Shown piece by piece: positions 1 to 10,257 of a stretch of DNA of 32,255 bases. Each line of letters opens with the position of its first letter. Within the stretch, counting starts at the first letter, position 1. The translations under genes and the position numbers were made by a program. The notes below the pieces were generated by a model. The model was not told the DNA's origin. It did not search any database and saw only the letters and a list, made by a program, of their open reading frames with translations. Source of the stretch: Octopus sinensis (Eukaryota); the NCBI RefSeq assembly GCF_006345805.1, contig NW_021827553.1, positions 1-32,255 on the forward strand. The letters are read 5' to 3'.

Positions 1-163
1 AATCTCTTCCCATTCTGCAAAGTTATTCCCTTTTCATTCACGGTTTTTTCCTCCGTGTATTTCTTTCTACCAGTATTTCACTTTTTCCTTCGTCTTCCCT
101 TCTTTATTATTTCCTCTTTCTGTTTCATTCCTGCTGCTTCCGGTATCACGTAACAGGTGCAAA

Positions 164-226
164 CATGGCTGCTTGGTAAGCAAGTTCGCTTCGCAACCAC
201 TTAGTCACCGGTTCGATGCCATTCCG
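164..226 (+). mobile_element. Degenerate tRNA-derived SINE head (family B)
   Basis: catggctgcttggtaag...gcttcgcaaccac...ccggttcgatgcc has A-box/B-box-like motifs and resembles the heads at 22765 and 28274(-). Confidence 0.55.
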
Positions 227-400
227 ATAATTTCTAAGTGCAATCTCGTACACGGAAGCAACACGTCCAACATGCCTACATAAAACTAATCATGTTTAAT
301 GATAATGAAACAGCTGTTGAGCACAATAGAATTATAAACTATTCGTGAAATTTATGCTTTTCTGCTTTTTTCTAAATACATATATAGATAATGCATATTT

Positions 401-471
401 ATACATACATACATACATACATACATACATACATACATACATACATACATACAAACGTACGTACATACATA

Positions 472-503
<32 letters not shown>

Positions 504-540
504 ACACACACACTCACACACACACACACACACACACTCA
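401..540. repeat. (TACA)n followed by (CA)n microsatellite
   Basis: Directly visible; explains the HTYI/VCMY ORFs at 332-608. Confidence 0.95.
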
Positions 541-548
541 TTTTTATT

Positions 549-657
549 TATTGACTTTATAAGGAAAATGTAAACAATGATTTCAGAGAGCCTGAAGAAG
601 GCGGACAAGCCGAAACGTCGAAGTCACTATTAACATTTTCTTTATGAAAGTTTAATA
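549..657 (+). ncRNA. Minimal type I hammerhead-ribozyme-like core inside a long inverted repeat (Penelope-like pseudo-LTR remnant?)
   Basis: CTGAAGA(592-598)-A-GGC/GGACAA/GCC-GAAA(612-615)-CG-TC. Flanks 559-584 and 620-645 pair at 21/26 Watson-Crick plus 2 G:U. Confidence 0.5.
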
Positions 658-763
658 CCTATTTAATCCATCCTTCAGATTAATGCTAAACTGTTCTTAT
701 AACTTGACATAACAAATACCCACACGCACACACACTCACACACACACACACACACACATATAG

Positions 764-899
764 GTATGCATGTCATTCAGTTTATTTCAAGATTTCTTGT
801 CAATAGAGAAAGAACCGGTTTCTAACCTAAATCCAAGGCTCCTTCATTGGTATTTAAACATCAACAACAGGGTTGTTTTTGTTTGTATTTTTGCTTACG
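764..899 (-). mobile_element. 3' UTR/terminus of RLE non-LTR retrotransposon copy 1
   Basis: Reverse complement (ccctgttgttgatgtttaaataccaatgaaggagccttggatttaggttagaaaccggttc...aagaaatcttgaaataaactgaatgacatgcatac) matches 10291-10394 downstream of the homologous ORF in copy 2. Confidence 0.8.
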
Positions 900-900
900 A

Positions 901-1056
901 ACTACATGGTTCCGTGTTCAGTCCCACTGCGTGGCACCTTGGGCAAGTGTCTTCTACTATAGCCTTGGGCCGACCAAAGCCTTGTGAGTGGATTTGGTAG
1001 ACGAACGAAACTAAAAGAAGCCGTCGTATATATGTAATGCATACATATATATATAT

Positions 1057-1105
<49 letters not shown>

Positions 1106-1313
1106 AATGTTTTGTGTGTCTATGTTTTCTCCCCCCACATCGCTTGACAGCCGATGCTGGTGTGTTTACGTCCCCGTAAACTTAGCGGTTCGGCAAAAGA
1201 GACCGATAGAATAAGTACTAGGCTTATAAATAATAAGTCCTGAGGTCGATTTGCTCGACTAAAGGCGGTGCTCCAGCATGGCCACAGTCAAATGACTGAA
1301 ACAAGTAAAAGAG
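901..1313 (+). mobile_element. tRNA-derived SINE family B, 5'-truncated, internal (TA)n/(TG)n
   Basis: B-box-like gttcagtccc, body gcaccttgggcaagtgtcttctactatagcc, tail gcatggccacagtcaaatgactgaaacaagtaaaagag; highly similar to 15057-15444. Confidence 0.9.
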
Positions 1314-1757
1314 TCAAAGTATGTATTCCCATGCATATAGCTTTGCATATCTAGACATGCCCATATATATTTGAATGATAAACTTCTGGAAAGTTTTACA
1401 GATTTTTACAGTTCCAGTGACGGATTGGATCTGTAGTCTTCGAATAAGCCTTCTCCTTTTTGGTTTTGGGAAGCCTAATTTCTCAAGATTGGTATTTAAG
1501 CAGTGTGTAATATACCCCAATGTCCCACTAATTACAGGTATAAACCTGAACTTGTAATCTGGATAGAGTAACTGCAGATTTCTCAGTAGTTCAGCGTAGG
1601 TATTCTCTTTGTCACCGATCTTCAGCTTTACGTTAACATCTGCTGCTGGGCAGCTAATTTCCACATCTGTGCACAGTTTCTCTTCTCTATCCCAAATCAT
1701 TATATCAGGTCTGTTGTGCCTATATTTTATTGAGGTCTTCACTGGTACATTCCATCA
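1314..1757 (-). mobile_element. 5'-truncated RLE (R4/Dong-like) non-LTR retrotransposon, endonuclease C-terminus (copy 1)
   Basis: WNVPVKTSIKYRHNRPDIMIWDREEKLCTDVEISCP...KENTYAELL has the RPD..D..E.(K) restriction-like endonuclease motif typical of R2/R4/NeSL/CRE-group elements. Confidence 0.85.
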
Positions 1758-1875
1758 GTATGTATGTATGTATGTATGTATGTATGTATGTATGTATGTA
1801 TGTAGTATGTATGTATGTATGTATGTATGTATGAATGTATGTATGTGTGTATGTATGTGTGTATGTATGTATATA
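1758..1875. repeat. (TATG)n/(CATA)n microsatellite at the 5' junction of RLE copy 1
   Basis: Directly visible. Confidence 0.95.
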
Positions 1876-2220
1876 TGTGTGTGCATGCGTGAGTGCGTGT
1901 GATCACTATCGTTCTTTACTTTCTGTCTTATTCACAATGTATCAAAGATTATTTTGGGACTCAAAAGACAAAAAAAAAAAGAAAAAGAAAAAGAAACTAA
2001 ATATTGCCGCTGTACTCAAATTTCCAAGCATAAGAAACTGTTTCTTCTACAAGATGTCTCTTAACCAGAATCTGGTGCCATTTGCAAGTGTAATTTACCG
2101 TTTATCACTTCCATTAAAGTTTATTTTATGCGAAAACTTCAAAATTGTTTCATTGATAACATCATGTCTTCACATTTGCCTTCATTAACGGATTTCATTC
2201 TAGATTTAAGAGATATCATA

Positions 2221-3200
2221 AAACACACGCACACACACACACACACACACACGCACACACACACTCCGCCCTCTCCTCTTCTCTGTCTCTGATTCTCTCT
2301 CTGTCTCTGTGGTGTCGACTTTCTCTTTTTCTTTTTGTCTTCTGTTTAGTCTCCTTTGTTTCTCTCTCTCTCTCTCTCTCTCTCTGTCGTTCTCCCTTCA
2401 ACCAGTCTCCCTTCGACCTCTTCACAAACAGTCTCCTGTCTCAGCAGACAAACCGCCAGGTAAAATAGCGAAGTCTATAGCAACCAAATACCGTTCTGAT
2501 ACCATCTAAATATTTAAATGGTTTATATTTCTTTATGGAGTTCGTCTGTTTGGCGATAGAAGTGGGTGATACTGGCGACTCTGAGTAGGGAGAGAGAAGA
2601 GAGAGAGAGAGAGAGAGAGTGAAAGTATTCTTATGGTTGAACAAACTCAGATATGTTTCAAGCGAGAATTCGAAGTTGATTTATAGACCCCAATATTTTA
2701 CTGCTATTTTACTAAAACGATTCTACGATTGAGGAATGTAGGGGTGAAGTTGGTGGGATTTGAATGTCGAATATAACAAATTATCAGGAGCTTTACCAAT
2801 TTTGGCAGGAAGAAGGCGAAAGCATTCATGCAAAGATTAAGAGAGAGAGAGAGAGAGAGAGAGGAAGGGAGAGAGGAAGGGAGAGAGAGAGAGGAAGGGA
2901 GAGAGAGAGAAAGAGTAGGACATGAAGGATATGGGGGAGTTTAGAGTGAAAGACAGAAAGATAGAGAGATAAAAAGAGAGATATAGAGAGACAGAAAGAT
3001 AAGGAGTGAGTAGAAGGGAGAGATAAACGAGAGGGAGGACGCTAAATAGAAATGTACGGAGGGATAAACTAATGTATGCGTATGTATGTGTGTATGTGCC
3101 TATGTATATATATATATATATAATATATATATATATATATGTATATATTATATATATATATGTATATATATATGCATATATGTATATATATATATACACA
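2221..3200. repeat. Simple-repeat cluster: (CA)n, (CT)n 2270-2410, (GA)n 2590-2618, GA-rich 2838-3062, (TA)n 3072-3200
   Basis: Directly visible. Confidence 0.9.
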
Positions 3201-4120
3201 GAACAAAATAAGCAACAAGAATATCCAGAGGTAATGCAATACGATCGTTTCAAGCAACTCCATTTAATTGAACAATGCAATCATTACATCAACTGAAATG
3301 CAATCCTCAGCTGCACAGAGACATAGAATTTAATTAAATTAAAATAGATGGACACATTAGTATAATTTTACCTAAAATCTCCAAGAAGGTAAGGAGATAA
3401 GACAAAGAACATGCTGTCTTCACTTCAGATTAGAAGCTACTAAGGTATCAGAAAGAAAGACTTGTTACAGATTTTACTTGTCACTGTTTTATGGGGTCAG
3501 TTTTAATTTATAGATTAGTTTTATCAAATCTTTGTATATCTAAGGCCAAAAGAACAAGGAATAGTACCTGCAAGGAAGGGGTCTGAGAGAGTCGACTGAA
3601 ATCATAGTGGGTAGAGTCATAAAAAAAAACTATCAACATTCATTTGAAGCAATATAATGAGATTTGGTAAAGAAAATCTTAAATCAAGATGTTAGCTGAC
3701 AATTAAAGGGACAAGCCAATAGCAGACCATTGATAATGAAACAGGGGAAATCTTATGTGGTACTATAGTAAAATATTTTAAATAATGTTATCATGTTATA
3801 TAAAGTTAAAGTTTAGGACTATTCAGAAGATTATTAAGAAGAATATTATAACAAGAGGATACATTTGGGTATATACCAAAAGTTTTACCACAACAGAGGG
3901 AGGAAAAGAAATTATCTAGAAATAGTTTTAAATTTAAGTACCCCTAGGAAACTATAAGTATCATGTATGGAGTAACAATAATAACTTCTAAAACCTATAA
4001 TATACCTCTTAGTTTTAAAATTAGTATATAATTAGAATGTCCTTTAACATCATTTTTCCTTTAGCTAATACCAGCTATCAGTCTTTATTGATACTAGCTA
4101 AATAAGTATATAAATAATAA

Positions 4121-4252
4121 GCAGGTCCATCATAAGGGTTAACCCATTTACAGCTAAGTGGACTGGAGCATTGTGAGATGAAGTATTTTGCTGAAGAACA
4201 CCACGTGCGTCTCGGTCTGGGAATCGAACCCACGATTCGGCGATCACGCGCC
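4121..4252 (-). mobile_element. SINE fragment (family C, CORE/V-domain-like)
   Basis: Reverse complement has B-box ggttcgattcc, then gtgttcttcagcaaaatacttcatctcacaatgctccagtccacttagctgtaaatggg and gatggacctgc; similar to 24693-24915. Confidence 0.65.
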
Positions 4253-4899
4253 TTCACATACATCCCCACACCCCCACACCCATTTATATATGCATAGATA
4301 GGTAGACTGAGAAAGAGATGCTACAAGGGGCAGCACAGTTGAATATTTTCCACTAAAATATATAAATATTTTTTTTTTCCCCTTTTTGTTCTCCATATTT
4401 TTATGGAGTTGCACAGATCAAATATTACATCAGTTGTAATCTGTAGGTTATAGACTGTACTTTATGGCTTGACTTTCTCTTGTCACTCTAGTTATATGAT
4501 ATCCTAAGATATTACATACTTCCAACTGCTGCAGTCAGTGGATTACAATTTCATATGATTTTATATTTCTATATTCTGCTACCTCTGACGTAAATAACTC
4601 CATAAATGGAAGATTAATTCTTTCTCTGCTTCTGGAAATATGATATTACGAGGTAATTGCAAAAGTTGTATCTGATGCAATGGCACCAAGTTCCGTATTC
4701 ATCTCTCTGCTGTTCTCTGCTGCCCTCATCCGAGGCTTCCAGTTCGATCTTCACGGTTTTCTTATATTTACCAACACTAAGATTCTCACTTAATATACAG
4801 GGTCATTAAAAGGTCTTTACGAATTAATTTGTGAAAGGAATAAGTAAAATGAATAAGTAAATTCAAAGTGAATTTATTCTCGAGATTGTTAATCGTCGA

Positions 4900-5184
4900 C
4901 ATATCCTATGGTCATTGCTTTTGCCAACCATGATGCGATTCTGCGCAAGACATTCACAAGCCATGACAATGTGAGTCACGCTATCGACCTTCTTCTCATA
5001 CATTCTGCAGAGGTGCACTTGTGTGGTATGTATCCCTTTTCACTGAGTTGGTATTCAATGCCTGATCCTAGGCAGCGTTGATTAGGCTTTCAGACTTCTT
5101 TTTAAGGTCACCCTCGCTGAACCACCTCCATGGTGATTCCTGGCCCTTCAAGTTGTTAGTTTCGCGGTGGAACTGACCATGTCG
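4900..5184 (-). mobile_element. R4/Dong-like retrotransposon fragment (pre-zinc-knuckle region and CCHC)
   Basis: RHGQFHRE...WRWFSEGDLKKKSESLINAA*DQALNTNSVKRDTYHT, then after a frameshift CRMYEKKVDSVTHIVMACECLAQ. This is the AAQDQAL.TN motif plus a decayed CX2CX8HX4C knuckle of R4-clade elements. Confidence 0.8.
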
Positions 5185-5223
5185 TATTATTATTATTGTT
5201 GTTGTTGTTGTTGTTGTCGTCGC

Positions 5224-5257
<34 letters not shown>

Positions 5258-5270
5258 GTTGTTGTTATTA

Positions 5271-5314
<44 letters not shown>

Positions 5315-5345
5315 GTTATTGTTATTGTTATTGTTATTATTGTTA

Positions 5346-5380
<35 letters not shown>

Positions 5381-5510
5381 GTTATTATTATTACTATTAT
5401 TATTATTATTATTGTTATTGTTATTGCTATTGTTATTATTGTTATTGTTATTATTATTACCATTATTATTATTATTATTATTATTGTTGTTGTTGTTGTT
5501 GTTGTTGTTC
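5185..5510. repeat. Compound trinucleotide array (ATT/GTT/CAT)
   Basis: Directly visible; source of the poly-Y/L/I ORFs. Confidence 0.95.
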
Positions 5511-5650
5511 CGTTCTGTTTTTCGTTATTGTCCTTATCATTATTATGGCTAACATAATTACTTCATTCCAGAAAATAAGATAAATTAAAAGAAAAACAAA
5601 CGTGTTTCCTCTACTTATCGTCTTTCTTTCATTTCGATCATTCTCCTACG

Positions 5651-5694
<44 letters not shown>

Positions 5695-5954
5695 ACACAC
5701 ATACACAACACACACATGCATATACGCAAGCGTGCACACACAATAACAGTGGAGATTTACATTTCCCAGTATCTCTCGATCTGCCTGCTTGCCTGTTTCT
5801 CTGTCTGTCTGTCTGCCTCTCCAAACGTGGCTAATTCGAAGACAATCTGCCAAACTCCAAATCTCCTTTTTTTTATGAGACAAATAGTTAAGAAACAGAA
5901 GAACAAAACCCAAAGTGTAATAATCGACCCCCGCCACTCCTCCACACCGAATAC

Positions 5955-6074
5955 TGGGTCGATAGAATCTTCACGAACTTGTTTCCATTCTTCCAGCAGG
6001 AACTTCCGATTCTTTGCAGTTTGGCGAATGTCTTGTTTGTTGAAGAATGTCACGTTCTGATGTGGAATTGTAAT
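5955..6074 (-). CDS. Candidate internal exon of an unidentified gene
   Basis: Acceptor tctattcttcag|, 120 nt open frame ITIPHQNVTFFNKQDIRQTAKNRKFLLEEWKQVREDSIDP, possible donor CCA|gtattc. Non-repetitive island between repeat arrays; no family recognised. Confidence 0.35.
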
Positions 6075-6132
6075 CTGAAGAATAGACATGGTTCCCTAAT
6101 TGCTTCTTCATGTATAAAAACAGAACGAGGAA

Positions 6133-6505
6133 TCACCACCGCCATCCATCGCCACCGCCACCACGACCACCACCACAACCAGCACCACCCAGCACCGCCA
6201 ACAACATAACCAGCATCAAACCAGCACCAGCACCAGCACCAGCACCACCACCAACCACCACCACCACCACCACCACCACCACCACCACCACCACCACCAC
6301 CACCACCACCTCTACCGCCACCACCACTACCACCGCAACCAGCAGCAAAAGTATCACCATTACAATCAACATCACCGTCATCGTCGTCGTCACCATCGTC
6401 ATCATCATCATCATCATCATCATCATGATCATCGTCGTCATCATCATCATCACCAACATCACCGTCGTCGTCGTCGTCATCATCATCATCATCCTCATCA
6501 CATCA
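6133..6505. repeat. Compound trinucleotide array (CAC/CAG/CAT/CGT)
   Basis: Directly visible. Confidence 0.95.
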
Positions 6506-6722
6506 TTTCCCTACAGTCATCGATTTACAACAATTTCCGTCGAACGTAAAACGGTATGACCGTCCTCCCCCCCCCGGTCGGAGAGGAATTGTGCGACCCA
6601 CAAGCACTGTTTTTGATTTCTCATGAAGTGAAAAAAAAAAATAAAATAAAAATCACAGTTGCAAAATGTTAATGGTTTCCCCCAAACATCTTACACCAAT
6701 CATGTCCTTATTTCTTTATAAC

Positions 6723-6808
6723 TTGGATATATTCCAGCAACCGCGGCTTCAGCAATGGCTGTGGCATTTATTGGTTTAACATGTACGCCCTTGAAGCAGT
6801 CAGTTTTG
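6723..6808 (-). CDS. Weak candidate exon
   Basis: Acceptor ttgaattcatttag|, frame KTDCFKGVHVKPINATAIAEAAVAGIYP; the donor AA|gttata is weak. Confidence 0.2.
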
Positions 6809-6898
6809 CTAAATGAATTCAAGATGGATAATAATAAACGAATTCAGAGACAAATTACAGTGGACCGCAAGGAAACATTTCTTACAACTTTATTATAA

Positions 6899-7130
6899 GG
6901 CGGCGACCTGGCAGAAACGTTTGCGTGTCGGGCGAAATGCTTAGCGTTATTTTGTCTGCCGTTAGGTTCTGAGTTCAAATTCCGCCGAGGTCGACTTTGC
7001 CTTTCATCCTTTCGAGGTCGATAATAAAGTACCAGTTACGCACTGGGGTCGATGCAATCGACTTAATCCCTTTGTCTGTCATTGTTTGTCCCCTCTATGT
7101 TTAGCCCCTTGTGGGCAATAAACAAATAAG
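6899..7130 (+). mobile_element. Full-length tRNA-derived SINE family A with probable target-site duplication
   Basis: Head ggcggcgacctggcagaaacgtt, B-box gagttcaaattcc, tail gtgggcaataaacaaataag. A 22-bp flanking duplication lies at 6869-6890 and 7128-7149 (1 mismatch). Confidence 0.9.
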
Positions 7131-7431
7131 GAAACATTTATTACAACTTCAGAAATTTGATAAAGCAAATCGTTTCAGTTGTTAAAACATTATAAGTACT
7201 TAAATGTTCATCAAATTGTAGAACAGAGGTTAAATGAAAACCTGAAATACAATATCGCAATAATTCTAGTTACTTCTATTCAGAGGTTGGTAGAATGCTA
7301 AGCTTAACTTTAAAGATTCTGGCTTAAAATCTGTTTAAATTGAAAACTGCAAATTGAAATCAAAATTGTTTTCACGTCAAGGTCCCAGGTCGTTTGCAGC
7401 AAAACTCTCCTCCCTGGGGACCTAACGAGCC

Positions 7432-7870
7432 AGAACTTCCCATTTTGTAACTGGCGAACAGGTGCTAGGCTAATCCATCACGTTGAAGATGTGGGAGGTC
7501 CAAATAAAACTAAATGGGTCTGACTATCACGTAGTGAACCAAGATGGGCAGTCAAAAGTAAAAAGCTACAATGTGGACAGCTAAAGTTCACAAGCGCTCA
7601 TGCTGCCGCTACACTCGCATTTCTCAGTGAATTTTTGAAACAGAAAGGGAAGGGAATTGTCCACGATCCTTTATTATTTCACTGTTGAGAATTGCTGGGA
7701 AGGAATGAGGAACGAATCCCCAAACCGAAGACCGGAACTAAACTCTTGCAACAGAGTGAAATCCACAAAAGGCAGCCAAGGTTTAGTTCGAGATGTTAAA
7801 TTGAGCAATAGATTTCGTCTCCCAACGAAAAACCCCAAAGAACTGCTCATAGTGTCCTGCCTCTCGCTCT
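7432..7870 (+). mobile_element. Decayed Ty3/gypsy integrase C-terminal region
   Basis: RTSHFVTGEQVLG*SITLKMWEVQIKLNGSDYHVVNQDGQSKVKSYNVDS* resembles the gypsy integrase tail (F..G+QVL...W.GP.....DY.V......YHVN.LK); the downstream part is less certain. Confidence 0.55.
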
Positions 7871-7904
7871 AATAATTCCGACAATCCTTTTCCATGGGTC
7901 GGAC

Positions 7905-7985
7905 TAAAAGGATGAAAGTAAGTTGTCCGTAGCACAGAAAGAAATGCTCGACAGCATTTCTTCCGATGCTCTACCGACTCAGTCA
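7905..7985 (-). mobile_element. Degenerate SINE family A head
   Basis: aggatgaaag...gaaatgc...gcatttcttccgatgctctaccgactc resembles the reverse complement of family A heads. Confidence 0.4.
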
Positions 7986-8587
7986 CTATGCCATATATGT
8001 CTTCCTTTATCAAATCCAAATTGTTACTTATTCATTGGCTGCTTTAATTAATTTTGGGGAGAATCTTGCATAATTGAATTTCTCATTCTTTTATGAGGTA
8101 AGAAATTTTTGAACCAAAAGATATATATTTGATAAAAAAAAGAAAAAACAAAAAAGCAAAAAAAAAGAAGAAAAAAAAAACAAATAAACAAACTAATAAT
8201 TCAATATTTGTATTTTTATTAACGTTTTCTAAAAATATATTTCCCTGCATAATCAAATTCTTTAAAGCAAAATAAAAAAAAATCTGTTTTTTGATTGGTT
8301 ATCAAATAGCAAAGTTATTAAATTCTCAGCGTTATATATAAACATGAAATTCATTCGTGGTTTACGCCTCTTAGACACGCTAACCGCCAAAACCCATTCC
8401 TGCTCGTTGCTGTCCTCTCTTAAACTTAAGAATGTGATTGGGAACTATTTATCTTAGTTTGATATTTGGCTTCGATCTAATTTGTAACGATGGCACTTCA
8501 CCACGACAAAAGTTTTATAAAAATACTTCATATACTCGTAAAACAGTCCTCCACATCTATTAGTGGATTTCTTCGATTCGAATCTTT

Positions 8588-8631
8588 GGAATTGTAGAAT
8601 TGTAGAATGGAATTGTAGAATGGAATGGAAT
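8588..8631. repeat. Short GGAAT/GTAGAAT tandem repeat
   Basis: ggaattgtagaattgtagaatggaattgtagaatggaatggaat. Confidence 0.8.
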
Positions 8632-9319
8632 ATTTACGTATCTTAATATTATCAGCTCAGATGTGTGAGATAAAGAAGAAATCTTATTTCGTTAGATAAA
8701 TTGGTTGTGTTTCAGAAAAAGATATTAATTTGGACAAAATGCTAAAAATGGTAAATTTTGAATATTTCCTTAAAACAAAAAACTAACACAAAAGAAATGA
8801 TCCTTATTCTATTTGAGCTTTCGATAAATTTCGAAGAAGAAAACTTTACTTTCCATAATAAAATACAAACATTTATAAGTACTTTCGATATCTGTGTGTA
8901 AAATTTTATCGACATCTCTGTATTTCTGGATATACATGAAATTGTTTTAACAACGAAATCTTGCAAACTTCAGAAAGAAGAGAAGATTCAGAGATGTATT
9001 CGAGAAAACAAAATAGAATTTCTTTTTAGATACGCAGCTGTGTTTGATGATAACTATACGTATAATCAATAGAGGTCTTGCCTCATCTTTTGGCTGTCAA
9101 ACGATGTTACGAAAAGAAAGACACGTCAAAAAGACAACAGATCAAAATGTGAACTTCAGTGTTGCAGACAGCGAACCGTGACGGAAGATGATTTGGAAAA
9201 TGTTCAGCTCCAAAATAAATATTTGCTTCTGTTTAATAAGAAACTTCAACTTTTATTAACACGAGATATATTTTGTAAACTGATGTAAACTTTAAGTAAA
9301 ATAAAATATATCGAATCAT

Positions 9320-9360
<41 letters not shown>

Positions 9361-9847
9361 AAACACACACACAGATATGTCATAGTATCGATTAGGCTAT
9401 CGATCAGGTATCGATCAGGCTGTTATATGTTGTTGCACACTGCTGGTCACAATATATTTCCTTGAATTATAACTTTCGAATGATGCGACTTCACCGGTTA
9501 AGCGGACGGGCAGGCATATATTTCTATCGCAAGGTGACCTGTTGGCGGCTGAGTGGACTGCATGCACACACACACACACACACATTGCTGTGAAAATATT
9601 AAACGTTATATCTTTCATAATGTTTTATCGCTATCAATCTTTCTTTTGCAGTCTCTTTCCTTTGTGTTTACATTTTATTTTACATTTTATACTAATCATT
9701 GAAAAACAAAAATTATCGAAACCGGTTGGGTATTTTAATGGATTAAAAGATTTAAACAAAACAAGATTCGTTTTATGAACCCGGTAAATTTCAAACCTAC
9801 TCTAATTTTCTTACATTTCTACTTGTGTTGACATAAACCGTATTTTC

Positions 9848-9935
9848 ATATACATACATACATACATACATACATACATACATACATACATACAACATAC
9901 ATACATACATTCTTACATGCATACATACATACATA
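9848..9935. repeat. (CATA)n microsatellite at the 5' junction of RLE copy 2
   Basis: Directly visible. Confidence 0.95.
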
Positions 9936-10222
9936 AGCTGCTCAACAGATGTTTACATAAAGCTAAAGATCAGCGAAAAAGAAAATACCGACGCTGAACT
10001 ACTGAGAAATCTACTGTTACCCAGATTACAAGTTCAAGTAATTATTGGGGCACCTGTAATTATTGGTGCACTGGGATATGTAACACAATGCCTAAGTACT
10101 AATCTTGAGAAATTAGGTTTCTCAAAATCAGAAAGGAGAAAGCTGATTCGAAGACTACTCATCCAAGTCATCACAAGAACTGATAGAGTCTGTAAAACAT
10201 TCCAGAAGTTTATAATTTATAT

Positions 10223-10257
<35 letters not shown>

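Noticed and set aside
2309-2509. Plus-strand ORF or exon (LQPVSLRPLHKQSPVSADKPPG)
   Set aside because: Mostly (CT)n-derived; the 54-nt cag...gtaaaa candidate has no other support.
3300-4010. Purine-rich stretch resembling a decayed LINE ORF
   Set aside because: All frames are broken and no diagnostic motif was recognised.
4793-4830. tatacagggtc, resembling a Tc1/mariner TIR start
   Set aside because: Too short and no partner TIR.
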